This document shows, piece by piece, positions 13,917-26,829 of a stretch of DNA of 64,000 bases. The notes beneath the pieces were generated by a model. It saw only the letters and a program-made list of their open reading frames with translations. It searched no databases and was not told the DNA's origin. The stretch spans positions 38,715-102,714 of the forward strand of contig MCFE01000290.1 in assembly GCA_002104905.1 (NCBI GenBank), read 5' to 3'. The translations under genes and the position numbers were made by a program. Source of the DNA: Basidiobolus meristosporus CBS 931.73. Taxonomy: Eukaryota > Fungi > Basidiobolomycota. How positions within the stretch are numbered: the first letter of the stretch is position 1; every line of letters starts with the position of its first letter.

Positions 13917-14608
13917 GGATTTCATTGTTGAAACGATTATGAGCTGATTCAACTGTAACTACAACGCACGGGTATATATACTGATCCACCAAGACACGAG
14001 AATCTCCTGCTGAGCATTTCATCCTCCGATTGCATATCACCGACGGCGAATGCCAAGGAACGGTTAGACATGCATCCACAAATGGCTCAGAGGGTCGCCA
14101 TGTTAATCAGTAGCATCATCAAGGCAATGATACTGCTTTTGAAAAATCCCTTGAGCTCTAATCCTGTATTGATGTGTATTCTGTGTAAAATACCGAGCAG
14201 AATATAACCCGTTGAAGCAGATCTAGTGCATCGGTGCATTTACTCGGCAGAGGGATTGCTGCTTTGGGTAGTCAAGTATCTGAACTTGAAGAGTTCATAC
14301 ATCCTCACAAAACCCCCGCCCGCCCTCCAGTTTCTGGGGCTACGTGCCGATGATTTCGAGGCACCATAGCAAGCAAGCTTGCAATACTTCAACAGCCTGT
14401 TCAAGCATTAGGATTGGTTATATATGTGTCAAAAATCCTATAGGTCCCGAGCAAGATCTACCAGGAAATTTTATTAGCTCCATGAGAACCATTGGTGCTA
14501 TTGTGTACTTTAGCCCAATAAAGTGTGTACCTCGATGGATGATTTCCTTCTCTCACCCGAAGTCCTCCGTCACGCATCAGTTGGACTTTGTATTCCATTC
14601 ATCTAAAA

Positions 14609-15135
14609 ATGGTCGGTATCAAGTGGATAGTGCATCTATACCTCAACTAAAATGACCGAGAAATTGATTAACAACAGCACCCAGCTAACTCGCCCTCTCG
14701 ACTAGGCTAAAGTTAAGGCACACGAACTTCGCAACCAATCCAAAGAGGAGCTTAAAAAGCAACTCGACGAGTTAAAGCAGGAGCTCTCTTCTTTGAGAGT
14801 TCAAAAGGTTGCTGGTGGCGCCGCCTCAAAGTTGACTCGCATGTAAGTGATTGGGATATGCCTGGCTCAGATTACTGTTCTCATCACCACTCTTCAGTAA
14901 CGCTGTCCGCAAGTCTATTGCTCGCGTACTTACCGTTATCACTCAAACCGAGCGCCAAAACATTCGCCTTCTGTACAAACAAGAGAACCGCAAGTACCTC
15001 CCTCTTGATCTTCGCTACAAGAAGACTCGTGCTATCCGTCGCCGCCTGACCAAGTTCGAGGCAACTCGCACCACCGTTAGACAGCATAAGAAGAGCATTC
15101 ACTTCCCTCAGAGAAAGTTCGCTGTCAAAGCTTAA
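14609..15135 (+). CDS. RPL35: 60S ribosomal protein L35 (uL29), 3 exons
   Basis: ATG-only first exon at 14609, then AKVKAHELR...KLTRI, intron gtaagt...cag, and [14 protein letters not shown]...[11 protein letters not shown]. Confidence 0.96.
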
Positions 15136-15414
15136 CCATTCTTGTTTTATGAATTTTGTACCAATTCCTGATCAATAAATAGTAAAATAACACACTAACC
15201 TATTCGTCACCTGTACTTAACTTCATACTAGAGATCAGAAATGGCACGAGATCCACTCAAAGCGGATGATTATTGTTTGGTCTGGGTTCCAAAATTACTT
15301 TGAAAACTCATGTTGTTCAGAACATATTTTAAAAATACGACGAATAATCATTCATCTTTGAATAACTTCTCCAGATTGCTCTTTTTCCTTGGATACTATT
15401 TAGCTACCTCATAG

Positions 15415-16257
15415 ATGTTGACGACTCCCGATGCACGAGAGCTTGAGTACAATTCTTTGGAGGTGATTGATCTTACTGAAATTCATGACAACATCCAACC
15501 GAACCCCATTACCCAGCAAGTCATATGCCTTTCTGAGAGAGCACCATACGCAGCTCGGGACTCCACTGACCGCACCCTCATAGTTTTAAGTGATGAAGAA
15601 GCTGAGACTACTAGTATTGCGACAGTCACCGAAAACAACCGGAGCACTACCAATAGAGCCGGTAGGTGTTTTTGCCTTGATTCCTCCTGATCTCCAACGT
15701 TAAGTATTTCTTTGATAAAAGGTGCTAACACTATAGCTCCCTTCAGAAATTATATGAACGCTCCTGTATTTGATTATGATTTTATACGGGATCTTCACAT
15801 GGACGAAGCAAGTAGCGAAGGCTCTGTCTATTTCCCTAGCAGTGAATCGGACTTGGATCCGGAAGACGGTGACCTGCAGCCCTCTGAGTTCAATGGGTTC
15901 CCGGAGACCAATACTTCTCTGGTAACCGAAGGGGCCGCTCTTCCCGAACCGTTTTCAGATGGAAAACCCACGGAAGGTGGAGAGAACAATATGGGCATTA
16001 AGTGCTCCATTTGCCTGGACAATCCTCAAAAACTGACCACCACAATTTGTGGTCATTTATTCTGTGATGAGTGTATCCACAGGTCTATCAAAACACCAAG
16101 CAAAGCATGCCCTGTATGCCGAAAGCCATTAACTCTGAAGAAGATGAGGATCTTGCAACTTCGTGTCCTGCCGACTGCCAAAGGTCAATTATCAAGAAGA
16201 AAACGGAGCACTTCCGAAGAAAGCGAAAGCAAAAAGAGAATGAAATCTGCTAGTTGA
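15415..16257 (+). CDS. RING-finger E3 ligase with SIM-like motifs (RNF4/Slx8-like), probably 2 exons
   Basis: N-terminal VIDLT and LIVLSD (SUMO-interacting-like). C3HC4 RING CSICLD...CGHLFCDEC...CPVCR. Basic C-terminal NLS-like tail. Intron starts gtaggt at ~15662. Confidence 0.8.
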
Positions 16258-17884
16258 CTTTCCCGATTGGCATATAGAGTAATTTTTACTAGCATTCACT
16301 AGATTAGTTGCTTCGGCCACTGTATATAATCCTGGGCTCTCAGTCAACGTCTATTCCCAAAAAACCTTCACAATTCTCTTGTCCTCTACAAGCTCTGTAT
16401 ATTATGACACACTTTCCTGGGAAGTAGATTAATCCTCATTAAACACACTCATCACCGATAACCCTGTCTGAACCCATCTCCCTTCCTAACCGCTCTTTCA
16501 AGTTATTCTGTATCGGTTGGTTATATTTTGCCAAATAAACCAAACACTGATAACTATGGTCTAGCATTCAAAGAGGGTATGGGTGTTTCTGTCGACGGTT
16601 CAGATAGGGAAACCAGAGAGGAAGGTTAAGCAAGGATACTACCAGGTAGTATACATATGACCGACAAGGACTGAATACTCTTCGTATGAAATGGCAAATA
16701 TTTAGAACCACGAAGGAATGGGTAAGGTGCAGATGCTAAATAGTAGTGTTGTGTTGACACTAGATCCGTAAGTGGCTTAAATGAATGGAATCTGGTAAAC
16801 TTTATATCTATAAAATGGCCTGGCTTTTGATCCTTGATCTTCTGTACCAAGCCCACCTTTAAGGACTTGTAGTTAGATCGTCTATTTGATCAACAGGATA
16901 CTTCGGTCGCACTGACAATTACTAACATCTCATTTGCCTAGCATTCAGATATAGTCTAATAATTTTCGCCATACCAATTCAATATTCTAAGTATGTTGAA
17001 GATGCTCAGTGCTAGCATCTTCCGCCAGAGAATAGATGTTCTCTATCGAACAAGGATACACTAATCTGCGCAACTTATTCACGTGCTCAGCCAGGCTAAG
17101 CGATATATAAACTAGTCTGATACAGAGTAGATCAGAGCACTACTGTGGGCCTGTCTGACAGGGCTTAACGCTCCAGGGGTAAACATGGATTGTATCACTT
17201 AAAGTTAGGCCATTACTCCACTGAAAGATCTATAACGTTCCAAAACCAACCTCAGGATCCCATTGAGAGAAAACTGCAGTGAAAATATCCTAGCGATCAT
17301 TCCTTCATTTGGACAACTGATAATTACCAGCGAATGAGACCGCTACTTAATCGCTTTCCTCTAAATTAGGTGATACATAATTTCATCATTCGAGCCGTGA
17401 TTGGCTTTTCTCCATATATACATGTACATATTTCGAAGTTCACAGAAATAATGAAGTCCCAGTATATCATTCATGTTGGTGTCTGAATATCGCCAGTTTA
17501 CCTTTTGCAATAGCAATATATTACCTATCCAGCCTTAATGTGTAGCTTTAAACCCATTAATATCTACTGTGTGCAAACCAGTTGTATTGAGGTTGGGTCC
17601 TAATCTTTAATTATTTTCATCCCATATCTTGAGCTTTTTTGCATTTTTCAGCTTGGTAGTTCTTTGTTCTTTCTTGTTGCCTGTAGACCAAATACCCATT
17701 CTCGTATCTAATTTTTATCGCTGGAGAGTACTATCAATTCTCGAGACTCGCCTCTTGGAGGTCCTTGGCTAACTCATATCTAGACGCTTTAACATACTGG
17801 GTCCGTTATCCCTGATCATTCACTTGGTGAAGTATGTCAATGTAAACTATTCGTAGGATAGTAACATTCGCAGCAAATACTACG

Positions 17885-20800
17885 ATGAATGGCCAATACA
17901 ACAATCGATATAGCTGCCCAGTATTCAATAAGGAGCTCAAACAAGAGTTAAGAGAGGATCTGCCAAGCAAAGCAGGTGTAGAATGCGCCTCTACCGTTAG
18001 TGTAAGCGGTTTCTCAACTCCAGAGCAATCCAGAACGGCAGCCTCGACTTCAGAACAACCTTCATTCCCCACCAATCTACCATATCCACCTGATACTCGA
18101 CCACCAAACCTATTGCTGGTAAAGCCTCACAAGCGCAAAGAACGCTCCCTCGTACTCAACCGGGCCCACCAAAATCAAAGCAAGAAGGAGAATACATTTT
18201 CACTCCGGCGTGAAGGAATGTACTCATCTTCAGATTCAGAGATGGAGAGCCAGCCAGTGCAATCCCCCATCTCGCCCTCACCATGCGTGAATCCCAAAAG
18301 GAACAAGATACTACGAAATCGGCCTCGACCTATCCCGCTCACCATCACAACCACAACCAGAAGTTTCTCTGACGCGCCAAAATCGGGAACGTTCGCTAAA
18401 CGCTGGCGAAAAGATGTTCAATCACCGCCTGGAACCCCAACAAAGCGGAATTTTGCCGTCAGGTATGTTCAATGGGAGCACCGACAGCTGTGTATGATTA
18501 TCAACCAAAGTAGCTGATGTTTTTTGCCATATTTCAAGGAGTCCAAGAGCCAAGCTCAAACTCACTCCCAAAAGCAGCATGACCCACTCAAGCCAGCCCA
18601 AAAAATCCCATTATCCCCCGAATTCCCCAGTCACCAGTACCTTCAGTTACGATGCAACCCCTACTCCTCAGCATGTACGACGCCGACATAATTCCATGGT
18701 GATGCCACATACAAAGGAGTATGAGAGATTGGCGAACCTGTTTGGATGGCGAGGGGAGGAGATCAAACAAAGCAAATGGGAATTCATCAGTTCACCGGCG
18801 TACGATGATCAAGAGGCCAGGGCAAAGCTACGAGTGGTGAATCCGTGGCGTAAGCCCTCCAAAAGGTAAGCAATCAATCATCTTCAACTGCACCAACCCG
18901 GGGTTAATCGGGCTCTATTTACTAGCTCGCTGAAGGAAAGAATATTCATCCCAAGCAGCGGGCATGAGATTGATGATGATGATGATCAATCAGAGCGAAA
19001 AATATCGATATCGTTCACTCAATTCGATAGGATTCCCCAAAGGTTCGACGTGGCATCTCCGCGATCTGCCACATCTACCATCAGACACCTGTGCCGACTA
19101 TCATTTGGTGAGGATGATCTGGATCCCACCATCTTCGATTCCATTATGTCTGGTAATGGCCCTGCGTTGATCGTATGGTCGGAGGAGAGCCCGCCCTCAG
19201 CACCGCCAAGCAAGAAAGCACTTAGGCGCCGATTTAGCTCTGGAAATAAATCGCACGGATTACTGGCGCCCCTCGATGTGCGCAAAACAATCATGTTTGC
19301 CACCATTGAAAAGCTGATCGAAAGCATGACCATCGATATCGACTACAGCCTTTTGACCGACTTCTTCTTGACCTACCGTTCGTTCGCCTCACCCCTGAAG
19401 CTCTGCCGTTTGCTCATTCTGAGATATCAGTGGGCGTTGCTTGATGACACCCAAGACAGATGGGTGGTACGCATCCGATTGTTCGTGGTACTGCGGCACT
19501 GGGTAGTGAACTATTTTTCCTTGGATTTTCTCCCATCCAGGGAGTTGCGCGAGACGCTGGCCAAGTATCTGCTAAGCCTGACCACCTCATCCCCGGTATT
19601 GCGCTCACCAAGGGATCAGCGGGTTGTATTCAGTTTGCTTAGAATCATGCGCAGCCTGACAATCTATTATCGCTATGGGGTGCCGCCAGCTGACGAAGGC
19701 AGCGTGACATTCGTTGCCGAAGGGATCGAGGAGGCTCGTGATGAATTCTGGGGGGTTCAGATCCCGGAAGAGGAGGAGCTGGTGATTCAGGTAGAGCCTG
19801 ATTCATCCAACAAGGATTCTCAGAACACGTGCCAGGCCGAGAATTTGAAGCCAAGAAAAACCGACGACTCGATGCTGAGCGAGGCGCACACAAGAGAGGA
19901 CGGAAGCCCCTTGCTTCGATTCGTGTTGCTCTCGCAACAAAAGCAAAACGAGGTCGAGACCGACAAATCGAGGAAGTTGATGATCAAGCGGTTCTCCTCT
20001 GCTAGCCTAAACAAAATGCGTTCCGCTTTGAAGGGGAGCACGAAGCTGGGCAAGGATGCCGCTGTTGTCACCCCCCAGAAGGAAAACAGGCCGGGGCCAT
20101 TTTCGTACGACGATTTGAAGTTCTCCACCACACCAGCAGGCAACCACACACCGGAGCGTACGTCACCACATTCCCGCGACGACACTGCCCGGAAATTCAA
20201 CATCAACTTTCTCTCTACGCTTCGACGTCGTAAAAATCGCAGCTCCACGAGTTCTGCATCAACACCTGACTTATCTACAGCCGTCTCACTTAATTCTTCG
20301 GCCAACTCGACCCCTTACTCGTCCCTCTCTGCCTCTACTGTGCAGTCCAGAATATCTGTGGAGTCGCTGTTTGAGTACTTGCCGGTCGGGAATTCCTACG
20401 AATCCCTTGGACAGGTCCAAAATGGCTCAGAGAGCTACAAAATGCATCATGACAACAGTGATGGCGCATCAGTGATCGTTCACAATTTCGAGAGCGGATG
20501 CCAATCCACACCCGAGAGACGCTCCGCAGAGTCCACAAATGCCAACGTGCCGCGACAAAAATGCCAATCTGCGCCACCCACTGCTACACAGCTTCCACCG
20601 CCGTTGCCGAAAGATACGCGATCCAAGAAGAGAGTCTCCCTGCCTCCGAAAGGGAGCTCGCATACCGTGGAGCCCAAGCCGGAGAAGCTTACTATACGAA
20701 GATCTGTTTCCTCTTACATTTCCAGGAACAAAACCACTTCGTCAGCCAAGCTGCACACCTATCCAAAAGCGAACCCATCCTCAGCGGATGTGACGAGAGC

Positions 20801-22212
20801 CTTTGTCACGAACACAATAGGTAAGTTCACTCGTGTACGACGTGCCGTCCACGAGAACTTCAAGCACAAGAAGGAGGATGATACGGATTCGGAAGAGGTC
20901 GAATGTGCAGGCTGCGACTACTGTCGTGAATACACCCCATTTCCAAACTCTGCCCAGACATCGCCACAGATGGCATCGAATGTCAGCGAACACCCAGAAG
21001 TCACTCCAGGCTGCCAGTCCTCCCCCGGGGAATATTCACTAGGTCATTCCTACATGTCAAACAACAGCTCCTTTGGTTCGCCGAACTCTGGCGACGAGGT
21101 TGATTATGGTCATACCATAGATCCCACGTCTACCCCAGGCATGACCCATGGCTTGAGTGGCAATGCAAGGGTGGCGGTTGGTGCCCATTCGACTTCTCCA
21201 AAGAATGCTGCAAGCCACACGGGGCATCACGCGCTGCCGAAGCGACAACCAAAGTCGTTTATCTTAAAATACAGATCGGAAGTTCTCGCCCAGCATTTCA
21301 CTATTATTGAGCGGGACGTGTTTCATGGCGTTGTCTGGGAGGAGTTGATCAAATGGACCAAGAACGCTGGCCAAGACAAATCCATCCGTGGGATCCAAAA
21401 CTTGATCGAGCGCTTTAACCAGGTTAGTTCTTTCTCGCGCTAAACAACCATCCTTCTGGTGCTCAGTCCATCTTTGTCCTTGTAGACCTGCCAATGGGTT
21501 GTCTCGGAAATCGTGTCAACCAAGGATATCTCCGTCAGGGTCAAGGTGATTGAAAAGTTCATCCGAGTTGCCTTGGTGGGTTCAGTTAGTGCGAACTGTT
21601 CTCTCCAACTATCATGCTAACCACGCTTTCATCGGCTAGAAATGTTACCAGTATCGAAATTTCGCCACTGTTACGCAACTGACGCTAGGCCTTCAGAATC
21701 CAGTAGTGGATCGCCTGCACAAGACTTGGTCCCGTGTGGGTCTTTACGAGCTGCGGCTGCTTGCAGACCTGGAGAGGTTCACTCAGCCATTCAAGAACTG
21801 GAAGAATATCCGTGAGGCCATGGACATCATAAGTGAAGATTGGGGTGGGGACGGCGGTGAGGAGCCTGCGCTTGGTCCAGAGTCATCATCCAGCTCGGTG
21901 ATAGGGGGCTGTATACCATTTCTTGGCCTATTTCTATCCGATTTAGTTTACAATTCCGAGCTACCATCCACCGTGGAGCCTGAATACACCGACCAGGAAA
22001 GTGCCCAAGAGTACCAGAATGCAGAGATTCAGCTGATCAATTTCCACAAGTTTCGCACCTGTGCCAAGATCATCAAAAGAGTTCTTGCTTTTCAGACGCT
22101 GGCTCAGAAGTATCATTTTCAGCCAGAGGTTGCTATATACTCGAAGTGCCTAAACCTCCACTGTCTGGATAATGTCACTGTCCGTGTACTAAGCTCCGAA
22201 TGCGAGCCTTAG
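17885..22212 (+). CDS. Ras guanine-nucleotide exchange factor (REM + CDC25 domains; Lte1/Cdc25-like), multi-exon
   Basis: REM motif ATIEKLI...DFFLTYRSF...RLFVVLRHW. CDC25 domain SFILKYRSEVLAQHFTIIE, GCIPFLGLFLSDL, INFHKFR. Joins ORFs 17885, 18579, 19050 and 21706 through GT-AG introns. Confidence 0.88.
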
Positions 22213-23201
22213 ATCTATTTCAACCACGGTAGGGTTGTTCGAGGTATCCCGTAGCTATCTAGCTCCTCAGTTTAGACGCTGCAGTCAGAAGGCTTTTCCA
22301 CTTCAACTTAATCCGCCCTTGTTGTCCCAATTCGCTGTAGAATGTTGAGTCGTTATTTCATACGCCGTGTAATATAGTGCCTTTTCCAAATCTAATAATC
22401 CCAAGGGTTTCCAATGTAATCCTTAGGTCACTACTAATGATGAGTATGGGTGCCGATCTCATTGTGCATCTCGTGGCACATGCCGTAGCCTTGCTGGCGG
22501 CTCGAGTCCGATGGGATAGGTATCTCTAGAAATAAAATTAGATCACTACTCTACGCAAATCGCTTTGAATATGTGATGATGGAATACCAGATATTATGGA
22601 GATCTCATCATAGAAAATAGAGTTGGTGTTCGTATGGTATCTAGGTCAAACAGACAACATTGCGTTGTTTCAGCCAACTTGTTGTCAGGGAGTTTGATGA
22701 GAGGTTGAGTCTTTAGCGTGCGCCCAACTGGTCAGCGTGAATATATTAACTAGCCCTAAGATTGGTCCAACTTTGGTATCTTGCTTAGAGAGTAAGCTGA
22801 GAGCAAGTACTAGTTAGGTCATGGATCACCTGATATGGCCCATTTGCTCTTTATGCACGTGTCTGAGCCTGGATTGACTGCTTTTACCCAGCACTCACTG
22901 ATACTTCTTTGATCACTTGTTGATGCTTCTCTGATTCAGATTCGATGGCGTTTCTCGGGTAACCGCTCTTTACGACAGCAGTTACAAAACATACCGGTTG
23001 TTGATAATGGCATGGCTGAGCCCTTCGAAATCGGGCCAATAGTCGATGCGGTGAATATGAAGGGCCATCCATTTTCACAGCTGGCATCCATAGCATACTA
23101 AATACTTTGCTAGCAGCTTGAGGATCTGCCAAGATATAAAGGTGGCGAATCTATTCGCATCTTATATCATTGTATCCAGCCCTCAGATCCTTAACAACAA
23201 C

Positions 23202-23738
23202 ATGATCTCCAGGAATACCTCGGTGATGCTAGCTATCAAGATCGTTGCCGTTCTCTGCTATACCCTCTTCGCGTTAGGCCAGACACCCCAATCTGCCCTT
23301 CCAGATACTGCTGAATGTAACTCGTGTATTGCTAATCTGGCCTCAGGTTGCTCCACTTTGTTGGGCCAAAGCTCTGTCGAGGCGAACACCAAATGCGCCT
23401 GTACCTCCGCTTTCGTAAACAACTTCGCCAACTGCGGAGTGTGTTCGCAGCAATTCGGTGGATACACAGATATTCAAATACCAACTGATGCGGATAAAGC
23501 GGAGTACATTCAAAGCTGTGCGAACGACGGCTTTCCTATTGAAGGAGTAGTATCTTCCTCTTCAACTGTAGTAACTTCCAATACGCCTACATCATTGCCT
23601 CAGCAATCGCAGCCTACTAATGTGCCAACTACGTCCCCCCAACCTAAATCGGAGGGTGGTTATAGTACCTCGGTTGGGTTGATTCAGACTTGCATGGGGA
23701 TGCTGGCGTTGGGTGCCATTGCCATGGAGCATCCTTAA
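23202..23738 (+). CDS. GPI-anchored, Cys-rich secreted protein (CFEM-like)
   Basis: Signal peptide; 8 Cys in a Cx2C...C...CxC...Cx2C...C pattern; Ser/Thr/Pro-rich stalk; hydrophobic C-terminal GPI-signal-like tail. Confidence 0.7.
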   Translation: MISRNTSVMLAIKIVAVLCYTLFALGQTPQSALPDTAECNSCIANLASGCSTLLGQSSVEANTKCACTSAFVNNFANCGVCSQQFGGYTDIQIPTDADKAEYIQSCANDGFPIEGVVSSSSTVVTSNTPTSLPQQSQPTNVPTTSPQPKSEGGYSTSVGLIQTCMGMLALGAIAMEHP

Positions 23739-24571
23739 CACTGAATATGGAATGAATGCCAGATAGCTATCCCGAATGTTTGCATGACAATTTCAATTAT
23801 GTAAACCGTACCAAACAAACAATAAATGGAACCATAGGTTTAAGCCATCTTTCGACGAGCTGCGTAGCTCCCCTCAATATAATGCCGCCGAAAAGTAAAT
23901 TGTGTGGTGGGATAACTAGCCAGGCTTCATGTCAGCATGCTCGTCGAGGTCAACATAGTATGGTTACGTTGCCATCCGAAATTGGTAGATAGCCTCGACC
24001 CCACCAAGTTTCATGTGTTATGCGCCGAGCTTTCTTCAGGCGTCATTACTATCTCCATATACGAATACGCCAATCTCAGCAATATATCAATAGAATACAC
24101 AGAAATAGCAGAATTATAGTATCCAATACTCCAAGAGAAGCCCTCACTTCAAGGCCTAGAAACTAAGTGACTCCTTACATCGGTTATGGATCACCATATC
24201 TGAAACAAATGTAAGCTATTTCTTTTCCAAAGCACTACCAATTGTGCACAACACAGGCCTGAATACAATTGCCTATACCTGATTGGCCTCCATAAAACCT
24301 GGGAATGCTGTGATAGTGATGGCATGTAGCTATTTATACCTTATATATGCTGATGAACTACCTTTGCAGGTGTGTGCAGAATATCTGGGATGTTCAGAGT
24401 GTCACAGGGTACAATGGATGCTGCAATAGAATTAAGAGAAGGTCACAGTGGATATGGATGCAGTGGTATCCTTAGAGGAGGCTTTTGCCACAACTTTGTG
24501 GTCAGATAAGAAAGTATCAGAGGTGTTGGAAGTGATTTGGGAGACTCATAGAGTTACAAGCTACCCACATA

Positions 24572-26500
24572 CTCTATGGGAAATAACTGAGTTGGTCTCA
24601 TCAAAAGGCCATCACAAGATTTAAATCTTGTAGCCAAGAGGTATGGATGCCATCAGAACACTGTGTAAAAACTGTTAGAACAAGATTGCACCCTGTATCC
24701 CCAAAAAAATTAAGTTAAAATTTTTCATCTCAATGGCTCCCAAGTTACTTTTGATTGGTTCTCTGCCATTGTACCCACTTACTGATCCTGCCCACTCAAT
24801 CATCTCCTATGTTTGTGTACATTGACTGGCTATTGCCTTTTTCACACTTCTTACCTCCTAACTCAACTGGTGCTCTTTCTTTTCATGCATTCAAATTGGC
24901 TTACATCTGTTGAATTTTCAGATGTGACTCACTTGTAATATATATTGACATATATAAGTCCCAATACTCAGCACTAACATTAAGCCCAACCACACACTCA
25001 GCAAGTAACTACATTAGAATCCACCATTCAATCAGTATTTCTGCTGTAACACCATTTTTCCATGACTTTGGCCAGAAACCTGTGGCTTTACATCATAGTT
25101 CATTCCCTGATTCCCATACATCCTTGCAATATTCAAATGCATTTTCTTGAGCACAGCTCTTGAAGAAATGCTGTAACCTCTTGGTGTGCCTATTAATGTT
25201 TCAAAATTCCTCTGTAGGTATTTTGTTAATCCTCTAATTTCTTGATATTCTGCATTGTCTGTCAGAGGGATCTCTACTCTATTTACAATTGAGGATATGA
25301 AGGATGTGGTAGACAAATTGCATTTCTCTGCAAACTCATCTAACTCACAGGAGTGTAGCTTAACTGGCTGTGCTTCCAACTTTTGAGAAAACAGCTGTTG
25401 TCTAGTTCTTTATTCTTCTTGGCTATTATGGGATTCAGCCTGTTGTAGGTACTGGTGACAAATGCTGCTATTTTCTCATGCCTCCCTGTCTCTGGCTTGT
25501 GTGTGCTTTTCCCTTTAGTTTGACCTTTACCTTTGCCACTGCCCGGTCATTTACAGCTACTTTGACTCAGTGCATATTGTACTGTATTATGTATACTCCT
25601 TGTTAAATACTGCACTGGTGCATCTGTTTCTACCTGCTTGTCTTGCACTGGAACTCTTCCAGCTACCTGACAATTCTTTGCCACTTGTTGAGAGTTTTCA
25701 GCCCCAATTATGGTGCACTCTTGAGGAAGCCACTAGTTTTTAGCTGTGGCACCCTTGTTCATCTACCTTTGATGGCTTCTGCTACCCTTAAGATACTCTC
25801 TTAGCACATGAATACTGGCCCAAAATTCATTTGCTTGTTGAATCCAGGATAATGCTCATGGAGTAGGTCAAGCACATTCTGCATGATCTTGAGTTCCTGA
25901 TGGCCTCAAGGTGAGCTGACCTTAAGGAGATGGTATGCTAGACTTCTTACTGCCTCTGGAATATTAGCCTACTCTTCAGCACAACGCTCAAAGGCATTAT
26001 GGATCTTGAATATCTATTAATTTTAGGCTCTAAAATAAGAATCAGCATCTTGCCCTCCCATACTATATTGGGCTTTTCAATAGGCTATATGCTTGGGTGT
26101 TGTAGTTGTACTTCAAAGACTTTATGGTACTTCTATGCTGTTACATCAGAATTAGCTCAATTCTGCTCTGTGGTACTGAGCTATTTGAGATCCTTGTTTG
26201 CAGCAAAGATACTTCATTGGCATAGCATAGATATTGCATTCTCTACTTGGGATACTGATTGCTGAGCATGCTTTAACTGTTCATCTTGTATTTGGATGAC
26301 TCCCCTATTTCTCAGGGCCATTTCACCTATCCTGTTGGCCACTGCACCTAATTGAGTAATCAATGCTTTTGTATGATCTGACTGTTGTATAACTCTGTAG
26401 TTCCACCTAGATCTTCACTTTACTAAAAAGATGCTGCAATGTGAAAAAATGAAAATCTAACTGGCAGAATTACCCTGTTGGCTATTGAAGTGGTATTTAT
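24572..26500 (-). mobile_element. Degenerate CACTA/EnSpm-like element fragment (terminus plus partner ORF)
   Basis: Terminus CTCTATG at 24572. The following sequence aligns with the copy ends at 36234, 38129 and 38658. Partner ORF remnant ELHSCELDEFAEK...RNFETLIGTPRGYSISSRAVL. Confidence 0.6.
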
Positions 26501-26829
26501 GGGTGTACCAGCTACTGATGACCCTATGAGAAATAATTTGGTCCTGCAGGTGGATCCAATCCAGATCAGCCATCAAGATCCTGTCCAGAGACAGCAATAA
26601 TACCAGCAGCTTGGAATAAATGACCATCTACACAATCTTATGATGCAATCACAACAGTATTTGGCTAATCTTACAGCCAGATAAAGTAAAAAAACATAAA
26701 GGTGTCTGTATGATGCTTTACCAAGATTGGCATGGCAATGTTGCAGTCTTAGTGCGCTCTACAACTATTTGAGTGAATCTAACCTACCAGTACATCCAAT
26801 TGTCTTATAAGGCAAAAAACTTAATGGTG

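Noticed and set aside
22430-22620. ATGATGA box-C-like motifs suggesting a snoRNA
   Set aside because: No convincing box D, terminal stem or rRNA-complementary guide identified.
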